Origin: Eledone cirrhosa
Lineage: Eukaryota
Assembly (NCBI GenBank): GCA_964016885.1
Contig: OZ024740.1
Location: 6,386,001-6,450,000 of the forward strand
Length of the DNA stretch: 64,000 nucleotides
Reading direction: 5' to 3'
The notes beneath the pieces are model-generated. The model made no database searches. It was given only the letters and a program-made list of their open reading frames with translations, and was not told the origin of the DNA. Of the stretch, positions 12,848-26,076 are shown piece after piece. A program made the translations under genes and the position numbers. The first letter of the stretch is position 1. Each line of letters begins with the position of its first letter.

Positions 12848-13440
12848 TGTTTAGCTGTCCTATTTATGTTCAGTCCTACTTTTTATATGTCCTATTTATG
12901 TTCAGTCCTAATTTATATCTAGCTGTCCTATTTATGTTCAGTCCTACTTTTTATCTGTCCTATCTTATGTTCAGTCCTACTTTATATCTAGCTGTCCTAT
13001 CTTATGTTCAGTCCTAATTTATATCTAGCTGTCCTATTTATGTTCAGTCCTACTTTTTATCTGTCCTATTTATGTTCAGTCCTACTTTATATCTAGCTGT
13101 CCTATTTATGTTCAGTCCTACTTTTTATCTGTCCTATCTTATGTTCAGTCCTACTTTATATCTAGCTGTCCTATCTTATGTTCAGTCCTACTTTATATCT
13201 AGCTGTCCTATTTATGTTCAGTCCTACTTTTTATCTGTCCTATCTTATGTTCAGTCCTACTTTATATCTAGCTGTCCTATTTATGTTCAGTCCTACTTTT
13301 TATCTGTCCTATCTTATGTTCAGTCCTACTTTATATCTAGCTGTCCTATCTTATGTTCAGTCCTACTTTATATCTAGCTGTCCTATTTATGTTCAGTCCT
13401 ACTTTTTATCTGTCCTATCTTATGTTCAGTCCTACTTTAT
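12848..13440. repeat. Minisatellite of mixed ~32/36-37-bp units
   Basis: Core gtcctat(c)ttatgttcagtcctacttt repeated ~17 times, with or without an agct spacer. Confidence 0.9.
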
Positions 13441-13617
13441 TTATAAGCATGCTACCTGTGTATACTGCCCACCCTCGTCAACTGCTACACTGTGGGACAT
13501 ATAGTTAAAGCAGGACATAAACAAATGTCACCACTCACTTTAAACATTATTGATACAGTAAACTAACACTCACACATACACATACACATACACACACACA
13601 TGGATATATACACCCAT

Positions 13618-14655
13618 ATCATCATCATCATCATCATCATCATCATTTAACGCCCATCTTCCACACCAGCATGGGTAGGATGGGTTGACCCTTAGGGAGA
13701 GAATCAGGTTAGAGAACCATGTTTAGCTCACCCAGAGCAGATTTTAGCTTGGTTTCTACAGCTGGATGCCCTTCCTTATGTCAACCACATTTACAGTGTG
13801 TGCTGGGTGCTCTTTGTTGTATCACCTACACAACCACATTACAGTGGGGACTGGGCGTTTTTGACTTGGAAATAGGGGGTGGGGCTTGGGGAAATTGTGG
13901 ACATAGGTAATAGGGGAGAGATGATTACCGCAAAGGGAGCTGAACAGGAGGGGAAAAGTTTGACGAAGGTGTTGCCTACAAGGTTAGCCCGTTAATAATA
14001 CAGGGGCAGCTCTTCTGTAATACTTCATAGAACCAGAGGTCACGGTCCTGTGTCATTGCCTTGGTGAGGTGTAATTGTGCAAAGTCAGTTCTTATTACCT
14101 CAGCCCAAGTCTTCCTAGGCCTGCCTACTCTATTGCTACCATCAACTTTGAGTGCTCTGCACCTTATTATACAGCTGTCATCCTTCATACACATCACATG
14201 TCCAAACCAATGCAATCTCCTCTCCTGCATGCAACATCTGATCCCTCTTGTGCCTAATTTCTTGTGCAGTTCATTTATGCTTTCCCGTTTGCGTATGTTG
14301 CTATTGCACATCCAGCATGGAGGCTTCATTTCTTTCCAATCTTCACAGGTCCTCAGCACAGGTCTTGCTGCTGTGTAACATAGTTGTTTGTATACATACA
14401 TCATACAGTCGGCCTTTCATTTCGAGGGAAAAACCTTTTGTAGTTAGTAACGGTAGTAACTCCCTGAACTTTCTCCAACCCGATCTCTCTCTGGTTACTG
14501 TGCTTTCAGAACACCCTCCCCCATTACTGATTTGGTCACCCAGGTAACAGAAACTATCTACCACTTCTACCAAGCCCTCTGAGCATTTGAAGGTGGTTGT
14601 ATCCTGAGGGTTCTTGCTACTAACTGTCCCCATGCACCGGCCACAAATAAAACCT
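13618..14655 (-). mobile_element. Decayed 3' part of LINE-A with 3' module
   Basis: VEVVDSFCYLGD, GWRKFRELLPLL and RLHWFGHV...GRPRKTW in minus ORFs; (GAT)n tail. Confidence 0.85.
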
Positions 14656-14688
<33 letters not shown>

Positions 14689-15514
14689 CACACACAGATA
14701 TATACATACATACATACATACATATATAAATACATACATAGGTGTATTGCTCTTATCATTCTTTGGAGATGCAGGTGTTGATAATTTTCTGACAAAAGTG
14801 ACACAATTTTCCAACCATACACCGCTACATACATGGTAGATTCTCTCACAGTTTTTATTTACCAAATTAACTGGTAAAACATTGATGAACCTGAATGAAG
14901 GGAACCTAAAATCAGATGGCAGTAATGAAAACTTCTTAATTACATGGTCATTAACAAATATAATATGCTATTTGGAATATCACATGGAAGTGATATCTCT
15001 ATAAAATATTAACATATTATTAACATATACCATAATTATTTTTACGCAGTAATACAGAGTACCCGACCTCCCATGGGTACAAGCTGAAGCATATAGACAA
15101 TATGCCCCTACACCCTCCCACTGCAAAGTGGTCGTGGAGGTGCCATGGCAAAAAAGCACCCAGCCCACACTGTAAAGTGGACATGTAGGCGCCACGGAAA
15201 AAAGCACTCAGCACTCACTGTAAATGAGGTTGGTGTTAGGAAGGGCATCCAGCTGTAGAAATCAAGCCAGAATCAGTTCCTGTATGAGCAAGGCATGTCT
15301 AAATCCACCTCTGAACACAATGTGTAACAAGGCTGGTCCTTTCAATTATTTGTACAGTTCATCTGACAAGCTTCCAAACAGTTTCTCTTTACTAAAATTC
15401 ACTTATTAGGCTTAGGTTGACTTGAGGCTAAAGTAAATGAAGAAAACTTATGAAACCTTCAACTATACAGCTTGCATCACATGAATTCCCTGTATTTTAC
15501 ATAAACTTCTTTAA

Positions 15515-15791
15515 CCCTTTAGCATTTAAACTGGCTGTATCTGGCCAGAATTCTCTCACCTTTTTCTGTTTAAACAGGCCATAACCAGCCACTCATATTG
15601 ATGTTAAGGTATTATTCTCAAAATAAATAACATCGCAGTCTCATAGATTCGCTATTATGTGAGATATGCATGGTAAAGCCTTTACTGTGAAAATACAATA
15701 GTATATATAGAGTAATGTAAATGTTATGTGAGGTAAAGCCTTTACCGTGAAAATATAATTGTATATATAGAGTAATGTAAATGCTAAAGGG
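15515..15791. mobile_element. piggyBac-type MITE (277 bp)
   Basis: TTAA|CCCTTTAGCATTTA ... TAAATGCTAAAGGG|TTAA: 14-bp perfect TIRs starting CCC with TTAA on both sides, plus an internal 60-bp tandem duplication. Confidence 0.85.
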
Positions 15792-15924
15792 TTAAAAACT
15801 GATAGTCTTTAGTTAGTCTATGAATGTTGATTCACTCAGACTAGCAGCATCTACACAATTTTGTAGTTTTTTCTAAGAAAGTATCAGAAAAGTCACATAG
15901 ACTATAGTCTTTTTGAAAAAATGT

Positions 15925-16122
15925 GGCACCTACACGACCATTTTGCTGTGGAATGATAGGGACCCCAGTTCCTATCATCTCATTTCTACAGCTGAGTAAA
16001 CTGGAGCAATGTGAAATAAAGTGTCTTGCTCAAGGAAACAACACATCACCCTGTCTGAGAATTGAACTCACAACCTATCGATTGCAAGGCCAATGATTTA
16101 ACCACTAAGCCATGTGCCTCCA
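15925..16122 (-). mobile_element. 3'-truncated CORE-like SINE
   Basis: Reverse complement of 21239-21437. Confidence 0.8.
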
Positions 16123-16124
16123 TG

Positions 16125-16156
<32 letters not shown>

Positions 16157-16579
16157 TGTATGTATATGTATGTGTCAACTGTTGACTTTCAAGAGTTTGT
16201 ATAGTTGAAGCCGATCGTACTACAGTCCAGTATTACTATAATTGCTTTACAGCATAGAGTTATGGCTCTCCACGGAGTCAACAAAAGAGAGTACCAGTGA
16301 TGCGCTAGGCCAGTCGCTGGATCCGTGCCAAAAGCAGAAAAATTATTATTAAAGTTGTTCTTAAGGCCAGGTCGTTGGTGATGTAATCTTGTATCAGTAA
16401 TGACGGTAATATATATATATATATATGTGTGTGTGTGCGTGTAAGTGAGTAGAGTAGCGTGTGTGTGTGTTTGTTGTATGTATGAGTGTTGCTGTGTGCG
16501 CGCATATGTATGCGCGTGTGTGTATGTCGTACGTATAAGTGTCAATAAGTGATTTTTTTTTTTTTTTTTTTTTTTTTTG

Positions 16580-16885
16580 CGCGGGGACATAGAAATAATC
16601 GGGCTGGATGCCCGATCGCGCAGTTAAACCACTGGGAGTGAATAACCCCTAGCCCTTGTCAGGGTATTCTTCTAGGAGAAGGCATCTCAGGAAACTGGGT
16701 TAACTCCGACATAAAACCTGCGGCTCAGTAGTTACCGATGATGTTGATCTTTTCTTCTTTTCGGGTTATAGCTACTGTCGCTCAGAGAGTGGGATTGGTT
16801 CAGTGCACAGTCTTTCCTCACTTTAAAAATATTCGTCACGCACAGGCATTGCACGAGTGCATTAATAATTATTAATAGTGTACTA

Positions 16886-16916
<31 letters not shown>

Positions 16917-19864
16917 TATTATAACTTTTTTTTTTTTTTTTTTTTTTCCAATTCAATGATGTTCCAGAACAATGTAAATGAGATAATTGCCAATTTGGGT
17001 TCTGGAACAAAAAAGATCATTGGCAATAAGGGCAGGGGCCCCAAGTTATCACAACCTGGGCCCGCCCGTCATCGTGCCATTGTAATAGAGCCAAACAAGG
17101 CATTTAGTCTTGGCTGCTGGAACGTACGGACGCTGCTTGACAGGGATTCTTTGGAGCGTCCTGAACGAAGGACCGCTCTTGTTGCAAAGGAGCTTCGACG
17201 TTACGATCTTGACATCGTGGCTTTATCTGAGACGAGGTTAGCTGGAGATGGTCATCTTACGGAATTTTGTGGAGAATATACATTCTTCTGGAAAGACAGA
17301 GATGAAGGAACCAGAAGAGAGGCTGGGGTAGGATTTGCTGTTAAGACTGTACTGGTGAATGAATTAGAAGAATTCCCAGTAGGGATTAGTGAACGTCTTA
17401 GGTCCATGAGAGTTCCGCTGGACAAGGGAAGATATGCTACCCTGGTGAGTGTGTATGCTCCAACTATGAATTCTGTCGATGAAGAAAAACTGTCCTTTTA
17501 CCATGCCTTGAAAGGTGTTCTAAGAAATATCCCTCAGGCAGACAAAGTCATCGTGCTTGGTGACTTTAATGCTAGAGTGGGTAGGGATTTTAACACATGG
17601 AATGTAATCGGAAGGCATGGGTGGGAAAGTGTAACAGCAATGGTATACTCTTGCTGCAGATGTGTGAGGAGCTGGATCTGTGTGTTACCAACACCATGTT
17701 CCAACAAAAGAACAAATTCAAGACCACATGGATGCATCCTGCATCTAAGGAATGGCATCTTTTGGACTACGTCCTAGTCAGGATGCGTGACAGACAGGAT
17801 GTGCAGTGTGTTCGTGTTCTTCGTGGAGCTGAGTGCTGGACGGACCACCGCCCGCTACGCGCAAAAGTGAATCTAATCACCAAACGTAAAATCCGGGCTC
17901 CTGGTGTTACCCTGCCCAAAAGATTGAATGCTGCTCGTCTTAAGGATAAAAATCTGAAGAGGACATTGGAAGAAGAGATGCAGGCTGCAGATCTTGGTGA
18001 GGATTGGCCGACCCTTAAAAAGTCGGTTTATGATGTAGGCAGACGTGTTCTGGGATTGGTGCAGAGAAAACATCAGGACTGGTTTAATGAGAATGATGTA
18101 CATATAGAAGACTTGTTGGCTGATAAGAGGCGTGCTCTGTCACGCTACTTGACGGCAAAACCACAGGAGAGGAATACGTTGCATGAGGAGCTCAGGGATG
18201 TAAAATCACGTGTTAGGCGGAGTCTTTCTCAGATGAAGGATCAGTGGTGGAGTGAGAAGGCTGGTGAGATACAAACTGCGTCTGATTGCAATAACACAAA
18301 GCTGTTGTACAGTCTCTTGCGTGAGGTTTATGGACCGTCTTCTTCTCTGGTGACACCGATTCGCAGCAAGGATGGCAAAGAACTTCTTCGTGACTCACAG
18401 GGAATTCTACGAAGGTGGCGAGAGCACTTTGATGATCTTTTGAATCAGCCGTCTGTCGTCAGTGAAGATTTCCTCAATCTCATTCCGGAAAGTCCTGTGA
18501 AAGTAGCTCTCCCAGAACCTCCGATGCTTGTGGAGGTTGCAGTGGCTATTTCGAAGCTGAACAGTGGAAGATCTCCAGGTATGGATGGCATACATGCTGA
18601 GCTCCTACAATATGGTGGTGAGAGACTCCTGCAACATCTTCACTCTCTGTTTGGAAGGATATGGGCTAATGAATCCGTGCCTGAGGACTGGAGAGATGCA
18701 GTAATGGTGGTCTTGTACAAGGGAAAGGGTAACAGGAATGATTGTGGGAACTACAGAGGTATATCATTGCTTTCTGTCGTAGGGAAAGTTTTATGTAGGG
18801 TGCTTCTGGACCGTCTGCTGACACACATTGCAGATTGTGTCCTTCCTGAAAGTCAATCTGGTTTTCGTGCTGGACGCGGCACTACTGATATGATCTTCTC
18901 AGCTAGACAGCTCCAGGAGAAGTGCATTGAACAGGGCTTGGATCTGTATCAGGTTTTTGTCGATCTGACAAAGGCTTTCGATATTGTCAACAGAGATGCA
19001 TTATGGAAGGTTCTCCAGAAACTTGGTTGCCCTGATAAGTTCCTTGCTTTAGTTAGGTCTTTCCATGACGACATGAAGGCTTGGGTTAATGTCGGAGGTA
19101 ACATGTCGGAGCCTATCTCAGTAAAAAATGGAGTGAAACAGGGGGATATTCCAGCACCGACCCTTTTTGCCATATAATTTGCAATGGTTTTCTGTATTGC
19201 ATTCAGGAATTGCGAGCATGGTATTTACATCCGATATCGAACCTCAGGCAGCATATTTAACATCAGGCGCTTTGCTGCGAAGACAAAAGTATTTACATCA
19301 GTCATAAGAGACCTCTTGTATGCAGATGATTGCGATCTTGTAGCGCACACAGAGAGTGATATGCAGCACATTTTGAATGTATTTTCTGACGCTTGCACTG
19401 TCCTGGGTTTGACTGTCAGTCTCAAGAAAACCGTCGTCATGTACCAACCTGCCCCTAGTAAGCAGTACACTGAACCAAACATCTATGTGTATGGCAAACG
19501 ACTTGGAGTGGTTGATCAGTTTGTCTACCTGGGAAGCACTGTCAATCGATACGGCAACCTTGACAGTGAAATCTCACTTAGGATTAGGAAAGCAAGTGAT
19601 GCTTTCGGAAAGCTAGAAAGGCGACTCTGGGGTCGGCGAGACATATGCAGGAGGACAAAGGTAAAGGTGTACAGGGCATGTGTACTCTCTTGTCTTCTTT
19701 ATGCCTGCGAGACCTGGGTCACATATCGACGCCACCTTAAGCAATTGGAGCGTTTCCAGCCGACTATTCCCAGTGAATGTTTTGGTTGTCGACTCTGTGC
19801 AAGACATTTTAGATCATTGGCTGGGCTAAAAAGCCACATTCGATCGCAGCACTGTTAGTTGCTA

Positions 19865-19870
<6 letters not shown>
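16580..19870 (+). mobile_element. RTE LINE copy A (APE endonuclease, RT, terminal C2H2 finger), inactivated
   Basis: CWNVRTL, LSETR, VLGDFN, LLDY, FVDLTKAFD, GVKQG, LYADD and [17 protein letters not shown]. Frameshift at ~17620, stop at 19175-19177, ~650-bp deletion at ~19758; (GT)n tail. Confidence 0.93.
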
Positions 19871-19930
<60 letters not shown>

Positions 19931-20009
19931 GCTTATGTGCGTGCGTGTGTGTGTATATATATATGAATATGTATATTATTATTGTTGTTGTCGTTATTAT
20001 TATTATTGC

Positions 20010-20040
<31 letters not shown>

Positions 20041-20100
20041 GTTATTAATGTATGTGTGTATATATGTGTGAGTGTATGTGTATGTATGTGTGTATGTATA

Positions 20101-21177
20101 TATGTCAGGTCACCACTTGGTACTACTGGTAACATGTATCCCAGTACAACCTGTCTCATGGCCGGGTCGTTGGCGACTAAACTGGCAACCCCACCAAGGT
20201 TTGTTGGTGAGGAGGGTGACTTTGGACATCCTGCAGGACTAAAAACAAAACCTGTCAAAGGGCAAAGGAGCTCTTAAGAGTCAATGGCCATCCAAAATCA
20301 CTGGGAGAGATGACCCCTTAGCCTTTGTCAAGGCAGAATTCTAGGAGAAGGAAAACTCTGATATAACACCTGCAACCCTGATGGTATCCAATGATGTTGA
20401 CTTGTTCTTCTTTTTGGTAAATATCATCTTGGTTAAGAGAGTGGGACTGGCTTTGTGCAGTGCCTTTGCTCACTATAAAAGCTTCACGGCACAGGCATTG
20501 CTTTATATCTGGATATCTCTCTGCACTTGTGGTCACATGGTACCATGGGCCCAGCACTATGTGTCAATGATTGTCACAAGTGTAGTGTTTGTACCAGAGT
20601 TTTCAAGTCGCTGGCTGGACTAAAAAGTCACACTCGTTCAGCGATTGTGACTTTTTAGTCCAGCCAGCGACTTGAAAACTCTGGTACAAACACTACACCT
20701 GTGACAATTATTGACACATAGTGCTGGGCCCATGGTACCATGTAACGACAAGTGCAGAGAGATCTCCAGATATAAAGCAATGCCTGTGCCGTGGAGCTTT
20801 TATAGTGAGCAAAGGCACTGCACAAAGCCAGTCCCACTCTCTTAACCAAGATGATATTTACCAAAAAGAAGAACAAGTCAACATCATTGGATACCATCAG
20901 GGTTGCAGGTGTTATATCAGAGTTTTCCTTCTCCTAGAATTCTGCCTTGACAAAGGCTAAGGGTTCATCTCTCCCGGTGATTTTGGATGGCCATTGACTC
21001 TTAAGAGCTCCTTTGCCCTTTGACAGGTTTTGTTTTTAGTCCTGCAGGATGTCCAAAGTCACCCTATTCACCAAGAAACCTTGTTGAGGTAGCCAGTTTA
21101 GTCACCAACGACTCGACCACGAGACAGGTTGTACTGGGATACATGTTACCAGTAGCACCAACTGGGGACCTGACATA
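20101..21177. repeat. ~1.07-kb palindrome of two tail-to-tail non-autonomous RTE derivatives
   Basis: Arms of ~530 bp around a 13-nt loop at 20633-20645. Each arm has RTE-like leader (ctaggagaaggaaaactctga) fused to a terminal finger [17 protein letters not shown]. Confidence 0.9.
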
Positions 21178-21198
21178 ACTGGTGACCTGACATATATA

Positions 21199-21232
<34 letters not shown>

Positions 21233-21238
21233 CATACA

Positions 21239-21575
21239 TGGAGGCACATAGCTTAGTGGTTAGAGCATTGGCCTTGCAATCGATAGATTGTGAGTTCAAT
21301 TCTCAGACCGGGTGATGTGTTGTTTGCTTGAGCAAGACACTTTATTTCACATTGCTCCAGTTTACTCAGTTGTAGAAATGAGATGATAGGAACTGGGGTC
21401 CCTATCATTCCACTGCAAAGTGGTCGTGGAGGTGCCACGGAAAAACAGCACCCAGCACTCACTGTAAATGAGGTTGGTGTTAGGAAGGGCATCCAGCTGT
21501 AGAAATCAAGCCAGCATCAGTTCCCGTCCCACCCTTGCAAGCAGGGAAATGCGGACGTAAAAATGATGATGATGA
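21239..21575 (+). mobile_element. Full-length tRNA-derived CORE-like SINE
   Basis: A box tagcttagtgg and B box gttcaattc; ttgagcaagacactt...cagtttactcagttgtagaaatgag resembles the MIR CORE; its 3' end matches the LINE end at 63690-63738. Confidence 0.82.
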
Positions 21576-21609
21576 TATATACATATATATATATATACAT
21601 ACATACACA

Positions 21610-24600
21610 GTCAACGCGATCAGTCGCATATTTTGGCGTGGGAGACTATTTATTAAATTTAAGATGAATACTATCTCCGACAGTAATCCCACAACTACAG
21701 TCATGTTGAATAATCGGTTATTCTTCTAACTATCCCTTCTGAAGACACCTTTTATTCGAATTCGTAGAGATATCCGACTAAATACATAATTCATTTTACA
21801 AGGATTTGCTACAAACAGCATGCCTGAACACAACATCAACAAAAAAATTAAGGAAGTATCGACGAGAAATAACAAGGAAGGTAATCAAACTTTATTCAGT
21901 TGTAGCCACAGAAGAAACCGAAATTATAAATAGCATTTCTCTTGGAGTTGCGAACTTAATAATGATTTATTTAATTGTTATAAAATGGCAAAAAACAATC
22001 CCTCCATTGGCTATATGAACAGAAGGAAACTACACAGGGACGAAATGCACCCAGAGCTAAATTATTTCACAGCGAAACAATTACGCCAACAAGCGACGTT
22101 TGTTGAACATAAAATAAGATAAATATTATTAATTGTAAGTCCCCCACAACAAACAGGGAATCAACAACACGTGCTACAGGTCGCCATGCTACTAGACTTC
22201 CTAACAGCCAGGTCGAACAGTGCCTTGAAACAACTATGCCTGTAAGAAAGTTGACACCACCTGTACCATCTAAGTCTACCTCGAATGCTGGGGAAAACAC
22301 TATCGATAATAATAATAATCGAAGAAAAAATAATAATTGTTTCTACTTTAGGCACAAGGCCAGCAATTACTCAGTGCATTACTGGTACTTTATTTTATCG
22401 ACCCCGTAAGGATGAAAGGTAAAGTCAACCTCGGCAGGATTTGAACTCAGATCGTAAAGGGACGTTGAATAAAGGTGACACCACGTATACCATCCGAGTC
22501 TACCTAGACTTTTGTGGAAAATACTATCGATAATGATAATCAAAAGTATAAACAATTGAAAATTTCCCTCAACAAAATCTTCCAGACAGAAATTAACTCA
22601 TGTATAAATATCTCTCTTGCTGAACGTGTTAAAATGACAATGGTGAATAAAAAAACAAATAATGAAATATTACGTGTTATTGACGAAATAGGGATGAATA
22701 TTTACGACGGATAAAAACCCCAACATTTTGGCAAATCAACGCCTGTTTATATGCCTTAGCAATGACAGTGAAGCACAAAAAAACCTCACTCCTCACCAAC
22801 AAAGAGTGAAAAATAAAATAGAGACGATGTTTGGTAACAGTAGAACCAGAACTCTCCAATATAAGCTGATCACCCTCAAATAAGAATTGAGAGCTGTTAG
22901 CGAAAAACGCCGATACCTGAAGAAAGTAGATGAGAGAAAAGTGCTTAATAAAAGATTCAGACGAAACCAAACATCAGTCTATAGAGATATGAAGGGCAAA
23001 ATAATAAGTGTCACTGAGGCCCCATCCCAGAAAGACATAGATTCCTTTTGGAGCAAAATATGGGGTGAAAAGAAGAATTTCAACCAAGTTGCAGTGTGGC
23101 TAAGAGAAATCCGAAAGAACTATTGCTCCTACACTACAACAAAAACATACAAAATAAGTGAGGGTACCCTTGAGACTGTGATAGGAAAACTCCAAGATAA
23201 GAAAACACCAGGAAGATACATGATTGTCGGCTACTGGTACAAAAAACTAATATTCTATCGGAGGTATCTTACTGACCTCTACCAACAAGTTCTTAAGGGA
23301 GATACACTTATACCAGAATGGTTGACATTAGCACAAACGTTACTGGTCCCCAAGAACAAAGACACCCACTTGGCAAAAACTACCGACCCATTGCATGCCA
23401 GAACCTGATGTATAAGATGTATACAGCCTGCCTGAACCTATTCCTCCAAGATTACTGTGAAAATAATAACATCATCACAGATGAACAAGCAGCTGGAAAG
23501 AAAGGGGTTTGGGGATGTGCTGAACAACTCCTAATCAACAAAACTGCGATGTCGGAGGTGCGACAACTTAGGAGGAATATGACTACAGTCTGGCTGGACT
23601 ACAGGAAAGCTTTCGATTCTGTTCCCTACACTTGGATGATAGAGGCCCTCCAACTTGCTAAAGTCCCAGACATTATTGTCAAAGCCATAGAGAGGCTGTC
23701 TTCTTCTTGGGCTACTCTCCTAAGGTTAAAGACAGAGAGGGATGACTCTATTTTCACTGATAAAATAAAATATTGCAGGGGTATATTTCAGGGGGACAGT
23801 CTCTCTGTGATATTGTTCATCTTGTCATTACACCCCTTGTCCTTTCTGCTCAAGAAATGTGAGGGATACATCATTGGCTCACAGGAGGACAGAAATACAA
23901 ACCTAACCCATAATTTCTTTGTGGACGATCTGAAACTCTATGCCAAGAACATGGATGGGATGAAGAAACATCTTGACCTGGTTACAACGTTCTCAAAGGA
24001 TATAGGAATGGAGTTTGGCCAAGATAAAGGCTCATACATGACTGTAAAGCGGGGAAAAACAACAACCCAATCTAGCAACATTGTCATCAATGGTCTAACT
24101 GTTTCACCGATATCTGGTGAGGACTGCTACAGATACCTGGGGATAGATGAGAACATATCCTATAATGGTTTCTGTAATAAAGAACGCGTAACCATGGAAT
24201 ACTACACCCAATTAAGAAAGATCTGGTCATCGGAACTCTCTGTGCAAAACAAAACAGTGGCTCACAGTGTGTTTGCTGTGCCTGTCCTAACACCAACGTT
24301 TGGAATACTCAATTGGACGATAGACGCAATCCGAGCAGTTGATGTTGGAACTCGAAAAATACTGAACAACACCGGAAACTTCCACATCAACAGTGACATA
24401 GACCGCCTTTACTTGAAACGTAAGCAGGGAGGCAGAGGGCTAACATCAGTCCAGACTACATTTGAATGTCGCATCATATCTCTCCGACATCTACGAACCT
24501 CGAAGCGTAGGAGCCCGTTTCTCGAGCAAGTCTATCTGCATGAAACAGATAAGATCATGAGAGTTGGGAAGGAACTCCTTGAGAGATATTCCCTGTGTGA

Positions 24601-25770
24601 TAATCAAAAACTCACACCCAGGATGTCGCTCAGCAGTATCGCAGTGAATCCATGGATGAAAAACTGCATGCTTATCAGCAAAAAATCATGCATGGATATG
24701 TTGCCAGGGAGCTCCAGAGTGAGAGTAATATAGATAAGGAAAGTAGTCTATCTGGGACAAACAACCGCTATATTGGCTCCCACTTTGAAGGATACGCTTT
24801 TGCAATCCAAGAACAGGAGATTAGCACGAAATACCTGATTCACAAAAGAGATAGGGATGCAAGTAAAACACTTAGATGTGATAACAAGTGCAGACTCTGC
24901 AGAACTAACATCGAGGATATCACCCATGTCATCAGCAGCTGTCCAAAGATGTCATCGCGGTACTATCTACCTATGAGGCATGATGTAGTGGCCAAAACAC
25001 TGTACAATGCAGTTCGTAAAAAAGATAGCCCCGATAATAAACACATTAAAAGCTACAACAATGTGGAAGACATCCATGTACATAATATGAAAGAGTACTG
25101 GTGGAATGTTCCAGTAAAAACCCCAATAAAATGGAGGCATAACAGACCAGATATTATGATATGGGACAGGGAGAAGAAAACATGCACAGTAGTGGAAATT
25201 AGCTGCCCGGCAGATGCCAATATAATATCAAAGATTAGTGAAAAGGAGAATATTTATGCAGAACTGATGAGAAATCTGCAGATACTCCACCCTGATTACA
25301 CCTTCAGATTTATTCCTGTGATTATTGGGGCACTAGGATATGTTATTCACTGCCTCAATACAAATATTGAGAAGCTAGGCTTCACAGGAACAGAAAGAAC
25401 ACAACTAGTTAGGAAATTACAAGTACAATCCATTAATGGAACAGTAAAAATATGTAAAACATTCCAAAAAAGTTGTATCTAATAACTGCATATACACATG
25501 TACAGATACAAAGCATATACACATGCACACATACAACTCAAAACATCCACATCCACACATACAATAACATCCATATCTACACATGCACACATACAACTCA
25601 AAACATCCACATCCACACATACAATAACATCCATATCTACACATGCATGCATACATACATATCTACCTAGTTGATGTGTAAATTCCAATGAGAGAGTCTT
25701 GTGTCTATGTTAGAAGCCGACACTCTCTCTATTGGTAAAACTTTGTGAAATTATAAAACCAGAAGAACAT
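21610..25770 (+). mobile_element. Decayed R4-clade-like non-LTR retrotransposon (RT, CCHC, RLE)
   Basis: Frameshifted ORFs 22887-25482 carry NYRPIAC, WLDYRKAFDSV, GIFQGDSLS, FVDDLK, CRLC..EDITHVISSC and RPDIMIWD..VEISCP; flanked by (TACA)n-rich DNA. Confidence 0.85.
22322..22470 (-). mobile_element. Second SINE family (gcctttcatccttacggggtcgataaaa type) nested in the decayed R4-like element
   Basis: Reverse complement of the family at 34224-34335 and 35883-36070. Confidence 0.8.
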
Positions 25771-25955
25771 ACATATATATACATACATACATACATACAT
25801 ACATACATACATACATACATACATACATACATACATACATACATAAATACATACATACATGATGATGGCTGCCCCCTCGTTATCGAATATGGCCATTGCA
25901 CGAGGAGAAAAAAAAAAAAAATAAATAAAAAATAAAATAAAAATAAAAAAAATAA

Positions 25956-25990
<35 letters not shown>

Positions 25991-26076
25991 TACACATATA
26001 CACACACATAAATATATACACACATACATTAATAACAATAATAATAATAATAATAACAACAATAATAATAATAATA

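Noticed and set aside
21239-21312. tRNA gene
   Set aside because: A/B boxes are present but there is no proper cloverleaf; it continues into a SINE body and is multi-copy.
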